Positions 31,901 to 41,100 of a stretch of 64,000 nt of DNA are shown piece after piece. This DNA is from a virus. Location of the stretch: positions 58,943 through 122,942 of the IMG/VR virus record IMGVR_UViG_3300030333_008604; one strand, 5' to 3'. The position numbers and the translations under genes are program-made. The notes under the pieces are model-generated. The model worked only from the letters and a program-made list of their open reading frames with translations, was not told the DNA's origin and searched no databases. Numbering within the stretch: position 1 is the stretch's first letter; every line of letters starts with the position of its first letter.

Positions 31901-32074
31901 AAGGAAAAGACAGAAGATTTAGACTATATGTTTACTGAGCCTCCGTATGGTGATGCCGACGGAGTAGAAGACCCTAACTCAAAAAGAAGATTCAAGATTC
32001 GTCTAACATCTAAGAGCACTGGAAAGAAAATTGATTTGAACGTCGCTTTTGTGAAAAAAGCGCACTTAACTTAA
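28919..32074 (+). CDS. Large hypothetical virion protein with a possible fibronectin-III-like C-terminal region
   Basis: 1051 aa; SD AGGAG; SPPPPPQV...YYYTFRSIDSHGHMSNPT resembles FN3 strand patterns. Confidence 0.68.
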   Translation: MSSGNIIGKNKIMVTDTSYGALPGEEWWQHGPGIHLRKNPATGYSYDDDNPAKDQAQGSDSVNHLASNAGSPAGLFTQDRLRCALGASWSNRSSTPRSLHHYPDGEPPLGWNSDPNTEYTFDNLRGAWKDSAILTNTPGGSYGDKYRVFYGKTLGLIFCSDKTSLSGAPQGLLEPNPNDSIWETTNAFWLENNVLTTRTVEITAKIEINESAAYSYWWPRSDESEGIERWKRLIRSGKDMADGTYYPPIIDDTKVYKDHYHECSYPFTKSEIKNNNITGKSLMADVTTYYDSVMGYSGGSGGATLVHPDLQSSVIPRFYENSIAKGGTFFSTCLPNIYGFLSLVNGEFDLEKFYSQISGISHGSHPDGYQTMDYADEWYPFVRDFPFEMLITLGGLVDKTAIQSVLASNSNNTAIDSYFEDYFNNLAYWFSTSQSSPDIKEDFNYYKKILLESKFKNIIFSSGMMPTMNMVNKYKKYFPFYSELQFSTQTLTGVGDMMGKMLQTSLFATKIAESNSSNVCARWHHEDSQNIVITFPNSATVGTFVNHYQQDIYSDFSTATPVYSSGDLVTSTNKVYDIFSILAGPNGVIESDDYYAEPDIETQAGRDSIKNFTAYLRDEKSEASTPSELNNAIRTFLGKGFGAYLVKKYKENYRDYEDILKGVPAYTEDVFYRIEKWEKFVSQSDDEWKHVSNTIVPNTSDLNLFKYVDTQVKYGGDTQHYEGTVYRYNVYVYRLVFGAKYKYMWPGGNPIGKTVTNRNAIDYATYHATCDVLVAPDLVMIEDLYFASPVVSVLDSPPPPPQVNIVPFRAVDNKLLFMMNGSVDTYQDHPISILPADDSAWQKVRESQLTSTEIYVDPLSDGTYIGGPKIQASQKGKVKFSSDDVASSFQIFRSSTPPKSYRDFDLYVDNLNENTFIEENIFPNRKYYYTFRSIDSHGHMSNPTAIYEVELISEQGAVKPKIRHYMFPEHAAETPAKGCQKYIYIKPSLKQIYSKEKTEDLDYMFTEPPYGDADGVEDPNSKRRFKIRLTSKSTGKKIDLNVAFVKKAHLT

Positions 32075-32096
32075 TAAAACATAAACAAAATTATTG

Positions 32097-32104
32097 ACTA
32101 CTTA
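32097..32104 (+). promoter_or_regulatory. Candidate late promoter octamer ACTACTTA
   Basis: Intergenic, just upstream of SD GAGGAG and the ATG at 32126. Confidence 0.55.
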
Positions 32105-32125
32105 TTATAGTGAGGAGTAAAGAAT

Positions 32126-33274
32126 ATGGCTTTTTTGGATAATTCTGGAGATATTATTCTAGATGCTGTGCTGACAGACACAGGCAGACTTCGTCTTTCG
32201 CAAGGAGATGGAAGTTTTAAAATTACAAAGTTCGCCCTAGGCGACGATGAGATTAATTATAGTCTCTATGATAAGAACCACGCATCAGGTAGTGCTTACT
32301 ACGATTTGCAGATTTTACAAACTCCGATTTTAGAGGCTTTTACTAACAATACCTCAAATCTGAACACCAAGCTGATGTCTATTTCGAGGACTAACCTTCT
32401 TTACATGCCAACGTTGAAGTTGGCCAAGTTTGCTAAGACAAAGTTGGCAGATAGCAATTCGCCAGCCTTGCCTGATCTTAAGCAGTTGGCTGGCTCGCAA
32501 ATGTATCTAGGACGGACTGCTGACACCGATGGCGCCAACCCATCATGGACTAATACTAGGTACGTTGTTGCTGTCGATGCAGATACTTTTAAGTACTTTA
32601 CACAAAACCAATCTGATGTGACAATGGACGCTGCCGATGGTACGGTCGGGGAAGTTATTCAAGGCTACACTCCAGCCTCTACTGGCGGAACAAACGGCCC
32701 ATATGGTCAGTTTATTTTAATACACCAGGGTTTGGATACAAATGCGATCAACGCAACAGCCGGTCTCGATGGTGATCTTTATGAAAGTCAATATATTTTA
32801 GAAATGGATTATCGATTAGGTCGTCTCGCACCTACCAACGGCCACACCGAAGCGGCAGTCAATTTTATCGATGACGACAACATAGCAAGTTATTATGTAA
32901 CTCAAGACACTTACGTTAGAAACAACCCCTCAACAGCAACTCTTGATGACAGTAAAAGCACTCAGCAAGGTACAGGCCCAGGCACTGATGAAGGCCATGG
33001 CGAACAGGTTTTTCAAGGCCCCCGGGGCTCAACTTTGTCGTTCCGACTTCGTGCGTCACCTGAGCTTCAATATTCAACTTACTTATTTACGCAAATTGGT
33101 CAGTCTGAAGCTGCTGACGGGTCTTCATCTACTTTTGGATTTGACGTCACAGGTACCAAAGATACGCGCTTAAGTGGAAAAACGGTTTACTGGCTTGACA
33201 CAACAGTCAGAATACACGGAGCGAACACAGGAGCGCGACTTGATATTCCTGTTCGATTCGTAAAAATACAATAA
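32126..33274 (+). CDS. Virion structural protein (baseplate/tail-collar related)
   Basis: 382 aa; strong SD; N-terminal VLTDTGR...ITKFALGDDEINY. Confidence 0.72.
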   Translation: MAFLDNSGDIILDAVLTDTGRLRLSQGDGSFKITKFALGDDEINYSLYDKNHASGSAYYDLQILQTPILEAFTNNTSNLNTKLMSISRTNLLYMPTLKLAKFAKTKLADSNSPALPDLKQLAGSQMYLGRTADTDGANPSWTNTRYVVAVDADTFKYFTQNQSDVTMDAADGTVGEVIQGYTPASTGGTNGPYGQFILIHQGLDTNAINATAGLDGDLYESQYILEMDYRLGRLAPTNGHTEAAVNFIDDDNIASYYVTQDTYVRNNPSTATLDDSKSTQQGTGPGTDEGHGEQVFQGPRGSTLSFRLRASPELQYSTYLFTQIGQSEAADGSSSTFGFDVTGTKDTRLSGKTVYWLDTTVRIHGANTGARLDIPVRFVKIQ

Positions 33275-33285
33275 GGTAAAAAACT

Positions 33286-34491
33286 ATGGCAAGCACATTT
33301 AAAACATTGTTAAACGATGACGTGGTAAACACCAGGACGTTGTTGCATGAATCAATACCCCTTACGGGAACGATCTGCTCTGGTACATATCAAGACATTA
33401 ATATTAAGAATTTTTCTCATGGAATGTTCCAATCAGTTTACGATTATCCGTATTTAAGCTCTTCAGCGAACCATGTGTTTGACTTTACTTATGGGCATAG
33501 TTCAGATATATCTTCTTCAATTGCAACCGCTGCTAATAAGACAGGGGCCCAAATTCAAAAAAAGACCAACATGTATAATCAAATGGCGCAAATGCTCATA
33601 GGTTATGATGAAACTGGCGCAATCAGAAAATTTGACTCTGATGGCAATGGTGATAGTTCTGATGGTACCATGCATAACTGCTTTTTCTTGAATTTTTCAC
33701 GATTGCTTGTTAAAGATGAGATTAAAAAGGGCAGCTTTAGGTTAGCCATGTATTTAAGCGGCAGCGAGGCTTATGTCGACCCCGGAGATGGAGTCGCTGG
33801 CAAGGGCGCCACGTCAGGAACTTACCAACATGAAGTAACTTTGGGTGATTATGACGCCTTAAACGAATACAGGTCATCACCATCTGGTGATTATGGTTTG
33901 ATTTTTAAGTCTCAAGCCGATTCTACGACGAATACGAATAGCGTTGGTTTAATCTTCTATCAGGCCGGTATTGTTGTATTGACTTCTTCAATAATTAGCG
34001 GACATTTTGTTGGCCCAGCCGGCTCGAATAACGACGGCACTGTAGCAGATAAATATCATGCAGCTAATCATGTCATCAACGGTGGTACGCCATCCGGAGG
34101 AGGGGCGAAGCTCGAAGAAGGCGGTGGCGCCGGCGTGGGCGCAGATACGTGTGTGTCTCATGCAATTACATCGGGCACAATCGCGCAGCTAGCAGACGCA
34201 TTCCGTTTTAAAGTAAGATCAATTGACTTTAACAACACTGTTGAGCTTAATTCCTCTATCTATTTCTGTAGATTAAACCACAATGAATTCAATTATAGCG
34301 CAAACCCGACTTACGTTTCAGGCGGAAAAATTGCGGTCAAGAATAATGTTAATGATCTACCGGTCACTTATTTGACCACAGTCGGTCTTTATTCTGCCGA
34401 TAACGAATTGTTGGCTGTTGCTAAGCTTTCTGAGCCGATTAGAAAAGATCCAAATACCGAGCTTACTTTGAGGGTCCGCTTAGATTACTAA
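33286..34491 (+). CDS. Virion structural protein (tail-collar/baseplate related)
   Basis: 401 aa; C-terminal YLTTVGLYSADNELLAVAKLSEPIRK...RLDY is shared with the next ORF. Confidence 0.72.
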   Translation: MASTFKTLLNDDVVNTRTLLHESIPLTGTICSGTYQDINIKNFSHGMFQSVYDYPYLSSSANHVFDFTYGHSSDISSSIATAANKTGAQIQKKTNMYNQMAQMLIGYDETGAIRKFDSDGNGDSSDGTMHNCFFLNFSRLLVKDEIKKGSFRLAMYLSGSEAYVDPGDGVAGKGATSGTYQHEVTLGDYDALNEYRSSPSGDYGLIFKSQADSTTNTNSVGLIFYQAGIVVLTSSIISGHFVGPAGSNNDGTVADKYHAANHVINGGTPSGGGAKLEEGGGAGVGADTCVSHAITSGTIAQLADAFRFKVRSIDFNNTVELNSSIYFCRLNHNEFNYSANPTYVSGGKIAVKNNVNDLPVTYLTTVGLYSADNELLAVAKLSEPIRKDPNTELTLRVRLDY

Positions 34492-34505
34492 AGGAGTAGT
34501 GATTT

Positions 34506-35741
34506 ATGCCCTCTCATGAGTCTAAAAATAGTAATTTTTTCAAATTTGGCAAAGAGGACGTTTTTCGCAATCGGTTAAAGACGTACCCCCATTGCAGCTT
34601 TTTCATTTATACTGGATCCATTTACTATAATGATAAGACACAGAATAGTGACAATTATCATACCCCAGATGGCTGTATAAACTTATATGAATTAAACGTG
34701 AGCAGAAATGATCACCCAACAGCTGCTGACATGGAGTTAATTTATCCTTTTGTTGAGAAAAGAGGCAGCCTCTCTAGTTTTAAAACAATTAGCGCAACGA
34801 GCTATGCACAGGACTTTGCATTCGGGGATCTTGTAACAGGCTCTTATCCTTTAACTTCCTCAATATCCATAAACAGGTATGGCAATTCGTTAACGAGTGA
34901 TAAAAAAAGAGTTCTTTACGCGCTAAGAACAACTCTCGACAGATACTCTGGCTTAAACGATCATTATGCATATTCTTCACCCACGCATGGAGAAAAGGAA
35001 AGTCAATATTTAAACCTTATCAGCATACCTTCAATTTTTTATGGATCAGGCATTAAAAAAGGTTCTGTTAGTTTAAAATATTTTATTACGGGAAGTCTTT
35101 TATCTGAAGCGTCGGATATTCATAAAGATGGTCGCTTGATTCAAACATCCGGAGCTTTTACCGGTCATACTGTTGGTGTTGTCCTCTATCATGAAGGCTT
35201 CATAATGTTAACAGGAAGCGCAGACTTAAAAACTACCACTGATCACGCCACTCATGTGGAAAATTATAACCCTGTCTCGCCATTTACAGCAAATGCAAAT
35301 TGGCAAAACTGGGGTGTTCAAGACGCCGCGCACGTCAGTGCTACGCAACCTGGCGGCGCGCCCTCATCAAGCTTTTCTTTGGACTTTAAAGGTACAAACT
35401 ACGTCAACACTGTAACAATGTTGGCCCATGCTGAAAGAAATGAGCTTAATTTTTCTAATAATCCTACTTTTCTTTCTTCCGTAAGTGAGCTAGGGACTGA
35501 GCAAAACTTTAACGCGTCTTACACGTCTAGTTCTTATGCTGAGTCGCCCAATCTCAAGATTCAGAATATAGTTTCGAGTAGTTATCAAGGTTATACAGCT
35601 AGCTTTAAACCAATCACATATATAACTAAAATAGGAATTTATGATAAAGATAAGAACCTTATTGCGATTGCTTCTTTGGCCAATCCCGTTAAAAAAACAG
35701 AAGAAACAAACTACACATTTAAATTAAAGCTTGACATATAG
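34506..35741 (+). CDS. Virion structural protein, C-terminally paralogous to 33286..34491
   Basis: 411 aa; YITKIGIYDKDKNLIAIASLANPVKK...KLDI; also shares IKKGS and N-[YF]-S-x-NPT motifs with the previous ORF. Confidence 0.72.
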   Translation: MPSHESKNSNFFKFGKEDVFRNRLKTYPHCSFFIYTGSIYYNDKTQNSDNYHTPDGCINLYELNVSRNDHPTAADMELIYPFVEKRGSLSSFKTISATSYAQDFAFGDLVTGSYPLTSSISINRYGNSLTSDKKRVLYALRTTLDRYSGLNDHYAYSSPTHGEKESQYLNLISIPSIFYGSGIKKGSVSLKYFITGSLLSEASDIHKDGRLIQTSGAFTGHTVGVVLYHEGFIMLTGSADLKTTTDHATHVENYNPVSPFTANANWQNWGVQDAAHVSATQPGGAPSSSFSLDFKGTNYVNTVTMLAHAERNELNFSNNPTFLSSVSELGTEQNFNASYTSSSYAESPNLKIQNIVSSSYQGYTASFKPITYITKIGIYDKDKNLIAIASLANPVKKTEETNYTFKLKLDI

Positions 35742-35753
35742 TATTATATAAAT

Positions 35754-36272
35754 ATGATTTTAGGTTTAGATGTTAGCACTAGTATAACTGGTGTGACTTT
35801 GTTAAATAAAGAAGGAAAGGTTATTCACAATGCCGCGTGGGATACTAGAAAATACAAGAATTTTTTTGAGAAAGCCAAGTTTGTTGAGCAAAAGCTTAAA
35901 GAGCTTCCTGTGGGGGTCAAAAAAGTCTATATTGAACAGTCTCTCCAATCTTTCAGATCTGGATTCTCCTCGGCAAAAACTCTTTCAACTCTTGCTCGTT
36001 TTAATGGCGTTGTTTCATGGATGGTATATGGAATATTACATGTTGAGCCTGAATACATAGCGGCCACCAGCGCTAGAAAAAAAGTTGGCATTACTGTACC
36101 GCGTGGTACAAAAGCAAAGCAATGTGTTATAAAACATGTCATTGACAATGTGCCTTCTGTTTCTATATCTTATACTAAGCATGGAAACCCAAAGCCGCAG
36201 TGTTACGACATGGCGGACAGTTGGGTTATTGCAAGAGCCGGCTGGGTAGAATGTCAACAGAGCGAAAATTAA
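35754..36272 (+). CDS. RuvC-like Holliday junction resolvase
   Basis: MILGLDVS (catalytic D), VYIEQ (E) and DMADSWVIA (DxxD) give the RuvC/RNase H acidic tetrad; 172 aa. Confidence 0.82.
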   Translation: MILGLDVSTSITGVTLLNKEGKVIHNAAWDTRKYKNFFEKAKFVEQKLKELPVGVKKVYIEQSLQSFRSGFSSAKTLSTLARFNGVVSWMVYGILHVEPEYIAATSARKKVGITVPRGTKAKQCVIKHVIDNVPSVSISYTKHGNPKPQCYDMADSWVIARAGWVECQQSEN

Positions 36273-37189
36273 AAATCTTAAAAACAATTCTTGGAGATTT
36301 TTATAAGAACAGCTCAGAACATCTTTTTTACTGCCCTAAGTGCGAGCACCACAAACGAAAACTATCTATAAATTTAGATAAAAATGTGTTTAAGTGTTGG
36401 GTGTGTGACTGGTCTGGTGGTGATATATACCGCATTGTTAGGCGATATGGGTCATATTCAAGCAAAGAAGAATGGAAAAGCTTCTCCGACCGTACCGACA
36501 TCGAAAACTTTGCCCAGAAGCTTTTTGGTGCACCAGAAGTGCAAGAGGAGCAAGTGGTGGATTTGCCTAAAGAATTTGTTTCTTTGGTAAATAAGAATCT
36601 TCCTGCAACCTCTCTTTATGCTTTGAATTATCTTCAATCGAGAGGAATCACCAAGCTCGATATAGCGCGCTGGAAAATGGGCTTTTGTTCTGAGGGCCCG
36701 TACGCAGGCCGTGTTATCGTTCCTTCATTTGGTTTGACCGGACAGGCAAACTATTTTGTTGCAAGAACTTACTCGCATGACTGGAAGAAATATCAAAATC
36801 CAGCGGCGTCCAGAGACATTGTTTTCAATCATTTATATCTTGATTTTGACGAGGACATGGTACTGGTTGAAGGTGTTTTTGATGCTGTCATAGCCGGCCC
36901 CAATGCGGTACCGCTTCTGGGTTCAACGTTGAGAGAAGATAGTGCGTTATTTCAGGAGATTGTAAAAAACGATACCGCGATATATCTAGCATTAGACCCA
37001 GACGCTGAAAAAAAAGCTATGGATTTGGTTAAGAAATTTTTAAAGTACGATATCGAGATTTATAAGATTGACGTGGCTCCTTATGGAGATGTGGGAGAGA
37101 TGAGCAAAGAGGAATTTTCTAGAAGAAAACAAAGTGCTGCATTTATCAATTCTTCTAACTATTTATTAAGGAAGATTCAAGGAATTTAG
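36251..37189 (+). CDS. DnaG-type DNA primase (zinc finger + TOPRIM)
   Basis: CPKC...H...FKCWVC zinc finger; YLQSRGI; TOPRIM motifs LVEGVFDA and ALDPDA. Start moved to the ATG at 36251 (the track begins at 36200). Confidence 0.88.
   Translation: MSTERKLKILKTILGDFYKNSSEHLFYCPKCEHHKRKLSINLDKNVFKCWVCDWSGGDIYRIVRRYGSYSSKEEWKSFSDRTDIENFAQKLFGAPEVQEEQVVDLPKEFVSLVNKNLPATSLYALNYLQSRGITKLDIARWKMGFCSEGPYAGRVIVPSFGLTGQANYFVARTYSHDWKKYQNPAASRDIVFNHLYLDFDEDMVLVEGVFDAVIAGPNAVPLLGSTLREDSALFQEIVKNDTAIYLALDPDAEKKAMDLVKKFLKYDIEIYKIDVAPYGDVGEMSKEEFSRRKQSAAFINSSNYLLRKIQGI
37158..37165 (+). promoter_or_regulatory. Candidate late promoter ACTATTTA
   Basis: In the 3' end of the primase gene, about 30 nt before the ATG at 37193. 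Confidence 0.55.
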
Positions 37190-37192
37190 CCC

Positions 37193-37804
37193 ATGAAAAA
37201 GAGAATAAAGTACTTACAAGAGAACAGGGTCAAACCAGTCCGACCGCCCGCCGGCGGGGCCAACCCAAAGCCCGGCGCTTCCGGTGCCCCGGGGCCCGGC
37301 AAGAACCCTACAGCCGGAAAAAAACCGGATGCTCCGGTGGTACCAATTGCACCAGCGCCTTCAACGAAGCCAGGCGCCAAAGGTGGTCCTGGAGGCGGCG
37401 GTGTAGCGCCCGGTGTAGCCGCTGGAACAATGGCTGCAGGAGGCGACGGTTGTTGCCCAGAGCCTCAAAAAATTGTAGGCATGCCTGAATTGCTTAAGCT
37501 TGTTTCGGCATGCTTAGAGGCCCTTGAGGCTCAGCTTCTACAGGGCAAACAGCTTGACGGCTCAATTGATATGGTCGGCGCCGCCGTTGCAGGCGTAACA
37601 CCTGCAGAGCTTGAGGCGCGCATGGCGACATTCGGCAAAGGTGCTTCTGTGCCAAGCGCCTCCGCCAACCAGGCGAGACCTGCATCCTCTAAAAGAGCCA
37701 GCCGCGGCGAGAAAAAATCAAAAAGCCGCCAAGATGAGCAGCAAAGAAGAATTGAAAAAATGGTGAAAGAAGAACTAGCTAACCTCATGGAGACGAGAAA
37801 TTGA
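37193..37804 (+). CDS. Pro/Gly/Ala-rich hypothetical protein
   Basis: 203-aa ORF, low complexity; C-terminal IEKMVKEEL. Confidence 0.7.
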   Translation: MKKRIKYLQENRVKPVRPPAGGANPKPGASGAPGPGKNPTAGKKPDAPVVPIAPAPSTKPGAKGGPGGGGVAPGVAAGTMAAGGDGCCPEPQKIVGMPELLKLVSACLEALEAQLLQGKQLDGSIDMVGAAVAGVTPAELEARMATFGKGASVPSASANQARPASSKRASRGEKKSKSRQDEQQRRIEKMVKEELANLMETRN

Positions 37805-38145
37805 AGATTACAAAAGGTCGTCTAGTTGAAATAATTAAAGAAGAAATAGACAATTCAATCTTGCAAGAGAACTCCGACATCGGAGGTCACTTCCTTGACC
37901 ACCCAGATGATGAGGGTGGCATGATGCTAAGTCAAATCAATAAGGTTGGAGCTTACGCTGCCAAGCTAGCTGATCAAATTAAAGACGATGAACAGTATCC
38001 TTCTTGGGTTCAGGCAAAACTAACGCTGGCTTCTGATTATATGAGAGCTGTTAGTGACTGGATGGACAAGAAGGTTAACGACCCTAGGCCACCTTCGCGT
38101 GAAGACGATGAGTCTTACCGTAAAGAAAGGTTCATGGCGCCTTAA
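37801..38145 (+). CDS. Hypothetical protein with N-terminal KITKGRLVEIIKEE motif (possible internal head protein)
   Basis: TTG start with GGAG upstream. DDEGGM...PSWVQAKLTLASDY resembles a hypothetical family I recall from T4-like phages. Confidence 0.72.
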   Translation: MKITKGRLVEIIKEEIDNSILQENSDIGGHFLDHPDDEGGMMLSQINKVGAYAAKLADQIKDDEQYPSWVQAKLTLASDYMRAVSDWMDKKVNDPRPPSREDDESYRKERFMAP

Positions 38146-38199
38146 GCATTTATAATATTAATCTTGTGCCTATAGTAGTTACTAAGCGCAGGAGTATTT

Positions 38200-41100
38200 A
38201 TGAAGTTTGCTCACATAGCAGATACGCATATTCGCAATCTAAAATATCATTCAGAGTATAGAGAAGTATTTTCTAAGCTCTACGAAGACCTCAGAGAGAG
38301 GCAAGTGGACTACATTATCCACTGTGGGGACATCGCGCACACAAAAACTCAAATTAGTCCTGAGTTCGTTGAGATGTGTTCTGATTTCTTGAGAAATTTA
38401 GCCGATATCGCCCCAACTTATATTATTCTTGGCAATCATGACGGGAACCTAAGAAACTCCAATCGCCAGGACGCTCTGACTCCTATTGTCAGTGCTCTTA
38501 ATCACCCAGACTTGTTTTTGCTAAAGAACAGTGGCGAAGTCGACCTAGACGAAACGTTTACTATCAATGTTTTGTCTGTTTTCGATCGCGATAACTGGAT
38601 TGTGCCATCAAATCCGGATAGAGTAAACATTGCCTTGTATCATGGCTCGATTAGTGGTGTTACTACTGATACTGGCTGGAAAATGGAGAATGGAGAAGAT
38701 GATATTAATATCTTTAATAGCTTTGACTATGGCTTTCTTGGCGATATACACAAAACCAATCAAACGCTCGATAAAGCCGGAAAGGTGCGATATCCAGGTT
38801 CAACAGTACAGCAAAACCATGGAGAAACAAACGACAAGGGTTTTCTACTATGGGACATTCTAGATCATGATAACTTTGTTTGCGAGCACGTGGTTATTGA
38901 AAATCCAAAACCTTTTATCACCATTAAACTTACCCCAAAAGGTCGCATCCCTAGTAAGACTAAAATAGTGCCCGGTGCCCGAGTCCGCCTTGTGTCGGAA
39001 AATAACCTTCCTCTGGATTCAGTTAGAAAAGTTGTAGATGCAGTCAAGGCCAGATTCCAGCCAGAGACTGTAACTTATCTCAACAGATCCGCCGGCGAAT
39101 ACAGAAGCATGGAGGGTCTAACTGATAGTTTGAAAAAGGATGACTTAAGGGATCCAATTGTTCAAGAGAGCTTGATTAAAGAATACTTGGAAGATTTCCA
39201 GCCTAGCGAGAAAACCTTAAAGCAAGTTTACGAAATGAACAAGAAATATAACGCTCTCGTTGAAAAAGATGAAGAGGTGTTTCGAAATATCAATTGGAAG
39301 CTAAAAAAACTAGAGTGGGACAATCTCTTTAATTACGGAGAGGGTAACTGCATAAATTTCGAAAATTTTGATGGCGTTGTTGGCATTCTAGGAAAAAACT
39401 TTTCTGGAAAATCTAGTATTATTGATAGCTTGTTGTACACGATCTACAACACTACTTCGAAAAATGAAAGAAAGAATCTCAATTTAATCAATCAAAACAA
39501 AGATGAGTGCCGAGGGTACGTTGAGATTGACGTGGGCACGAAGACTTACACAATTGAAAGAACAAGCGACAAATATACTAAAAAGTTAAAGGGCAGAGCG
39601 ACTCTAGAAGCCAAGACAGATGTTGAATTCAACATTATCGACACCGTAACCGGTGAGACTGAGTCTCTCAACGGAACAAGTCGAATGGAGACTGACAAGA
39701 ACATTAGAAAGATCTTTGGGACAGTAGAGGACTTTCTTATGACGTCTATGGCCAGCCAGCTAGATTCGCTAGCCTACATTAACGAAGGGTCTATGCGTCG
39801 AAAAGAAATTCTAGCTAAATTTCTCGATCTTGAGTTTTTTGATAGAAAATTTAAGATGATAAAGGAAGACAGCTCTCATCTTGCGGGCGCCCTCAAACGT
39901 CTTTCCGGACGTGATTACCCAGAAGAGATCTCTGAGTCGAGGACTGAGTTAGCCCGGGCCGAAGCAGAGCTTTCTGTCAATGAGAGGCAGCTCGAAAGTC
40001 TAGATTCGCAGCACCTTGCTGCTCTGGCACAGGTCACAAACCTTCAGGAGCAGATCGATTCTGCGCCGAAAGAGTTTATTGATATTAAGAATGTAAACAA
40101 AAGATTGGATTCGAATCATCAGGCGATCACAGCTTTGAGCTTGGCCAACGAAAACAAAAGAGATGAATTGGAGTCGGAAAAACAATTTCTTGAAAAAATT
40201 GAAAATTTTGTTTCAAACTTTGATATTGATTTGTTTAATAAGAAGAAAGAAGTGCTTGATGAGCATATGGCAACTTTGGAAAAGATTGACTTAGAGATAA
40301 GTCAGTATGAGACAAAAAAAGAACAAATAGATAATAAGATCGAAAGACTTAAAAGGGTTCCATGTTCGTATTCTGATCGCGATAAATGTCTTTTCGTTAA
40401 AGATGCACGTCGCTCTCTAGAAGACGTTGCGAATGTTAAAATAAACATGAATCAGCTTACTTTGTCGAAGAGCACCTTGGGGCGAAAAATTGAGGAACTG
40501 AACCCAACACAAGTCGAAGAATATATTAACAAATATGAGCTTATTCTAGAGAAAAAGATGCACCATAAGAATGTTGTGTCTTCTTTGGAGTTGAAGATTG
40601 AAAAGAACAAAACAAAGCTGATGCAATTGCAAAAGCAGAGTGATGAACTAAGCACCAAGCAAGACATCTACGAGCAAAACAAGGAGGCAATTGAAGATTT
40701 CGAAAGCCTGCTTTTGAGAAAACAAGAGATGGATAGCGAGCTAGAATCATTAATCCTGGAGAAAGAAACTGCACGAAAGAAAGTTTTAGAGCTTTACAAG
40801 AATACTGGAAGCTTGGAGCAAAAGCACAACGAAATTATTGAACAAGAACAAAGCTTTTGTGATTTAGAGAATGAGTATACGATTTCTGACTTATACATGC
40901 GCTGCATGCATCCAAATGGCGTATCGTATGACGTTATTAAAAAGAGGTTGCCTCTGATTAACGATGAGATTTCTAAAATTTTGACCAACATTGTTGATTT
41001 TGAGGTGTTCTTCGAGAGTGACGAAAAGAAGCTTGATATTCTTCTAAAGCACCCGAAGCACGACCCTCGCCCTATTGAGATGGGCTCAGGCGCAGAAAAA

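Noticed and set aside
35731-35758. TTGACA-N16-TATGAT sigma70-like promoter and an overlapping T4-type TATAAATA (35747-54)
   Set aside because: Both overlap the resolvase start codon, so they could not transcribe that gene intact; single occurrence in AT-rich sequence that also encodes a KLDI C-terminus.
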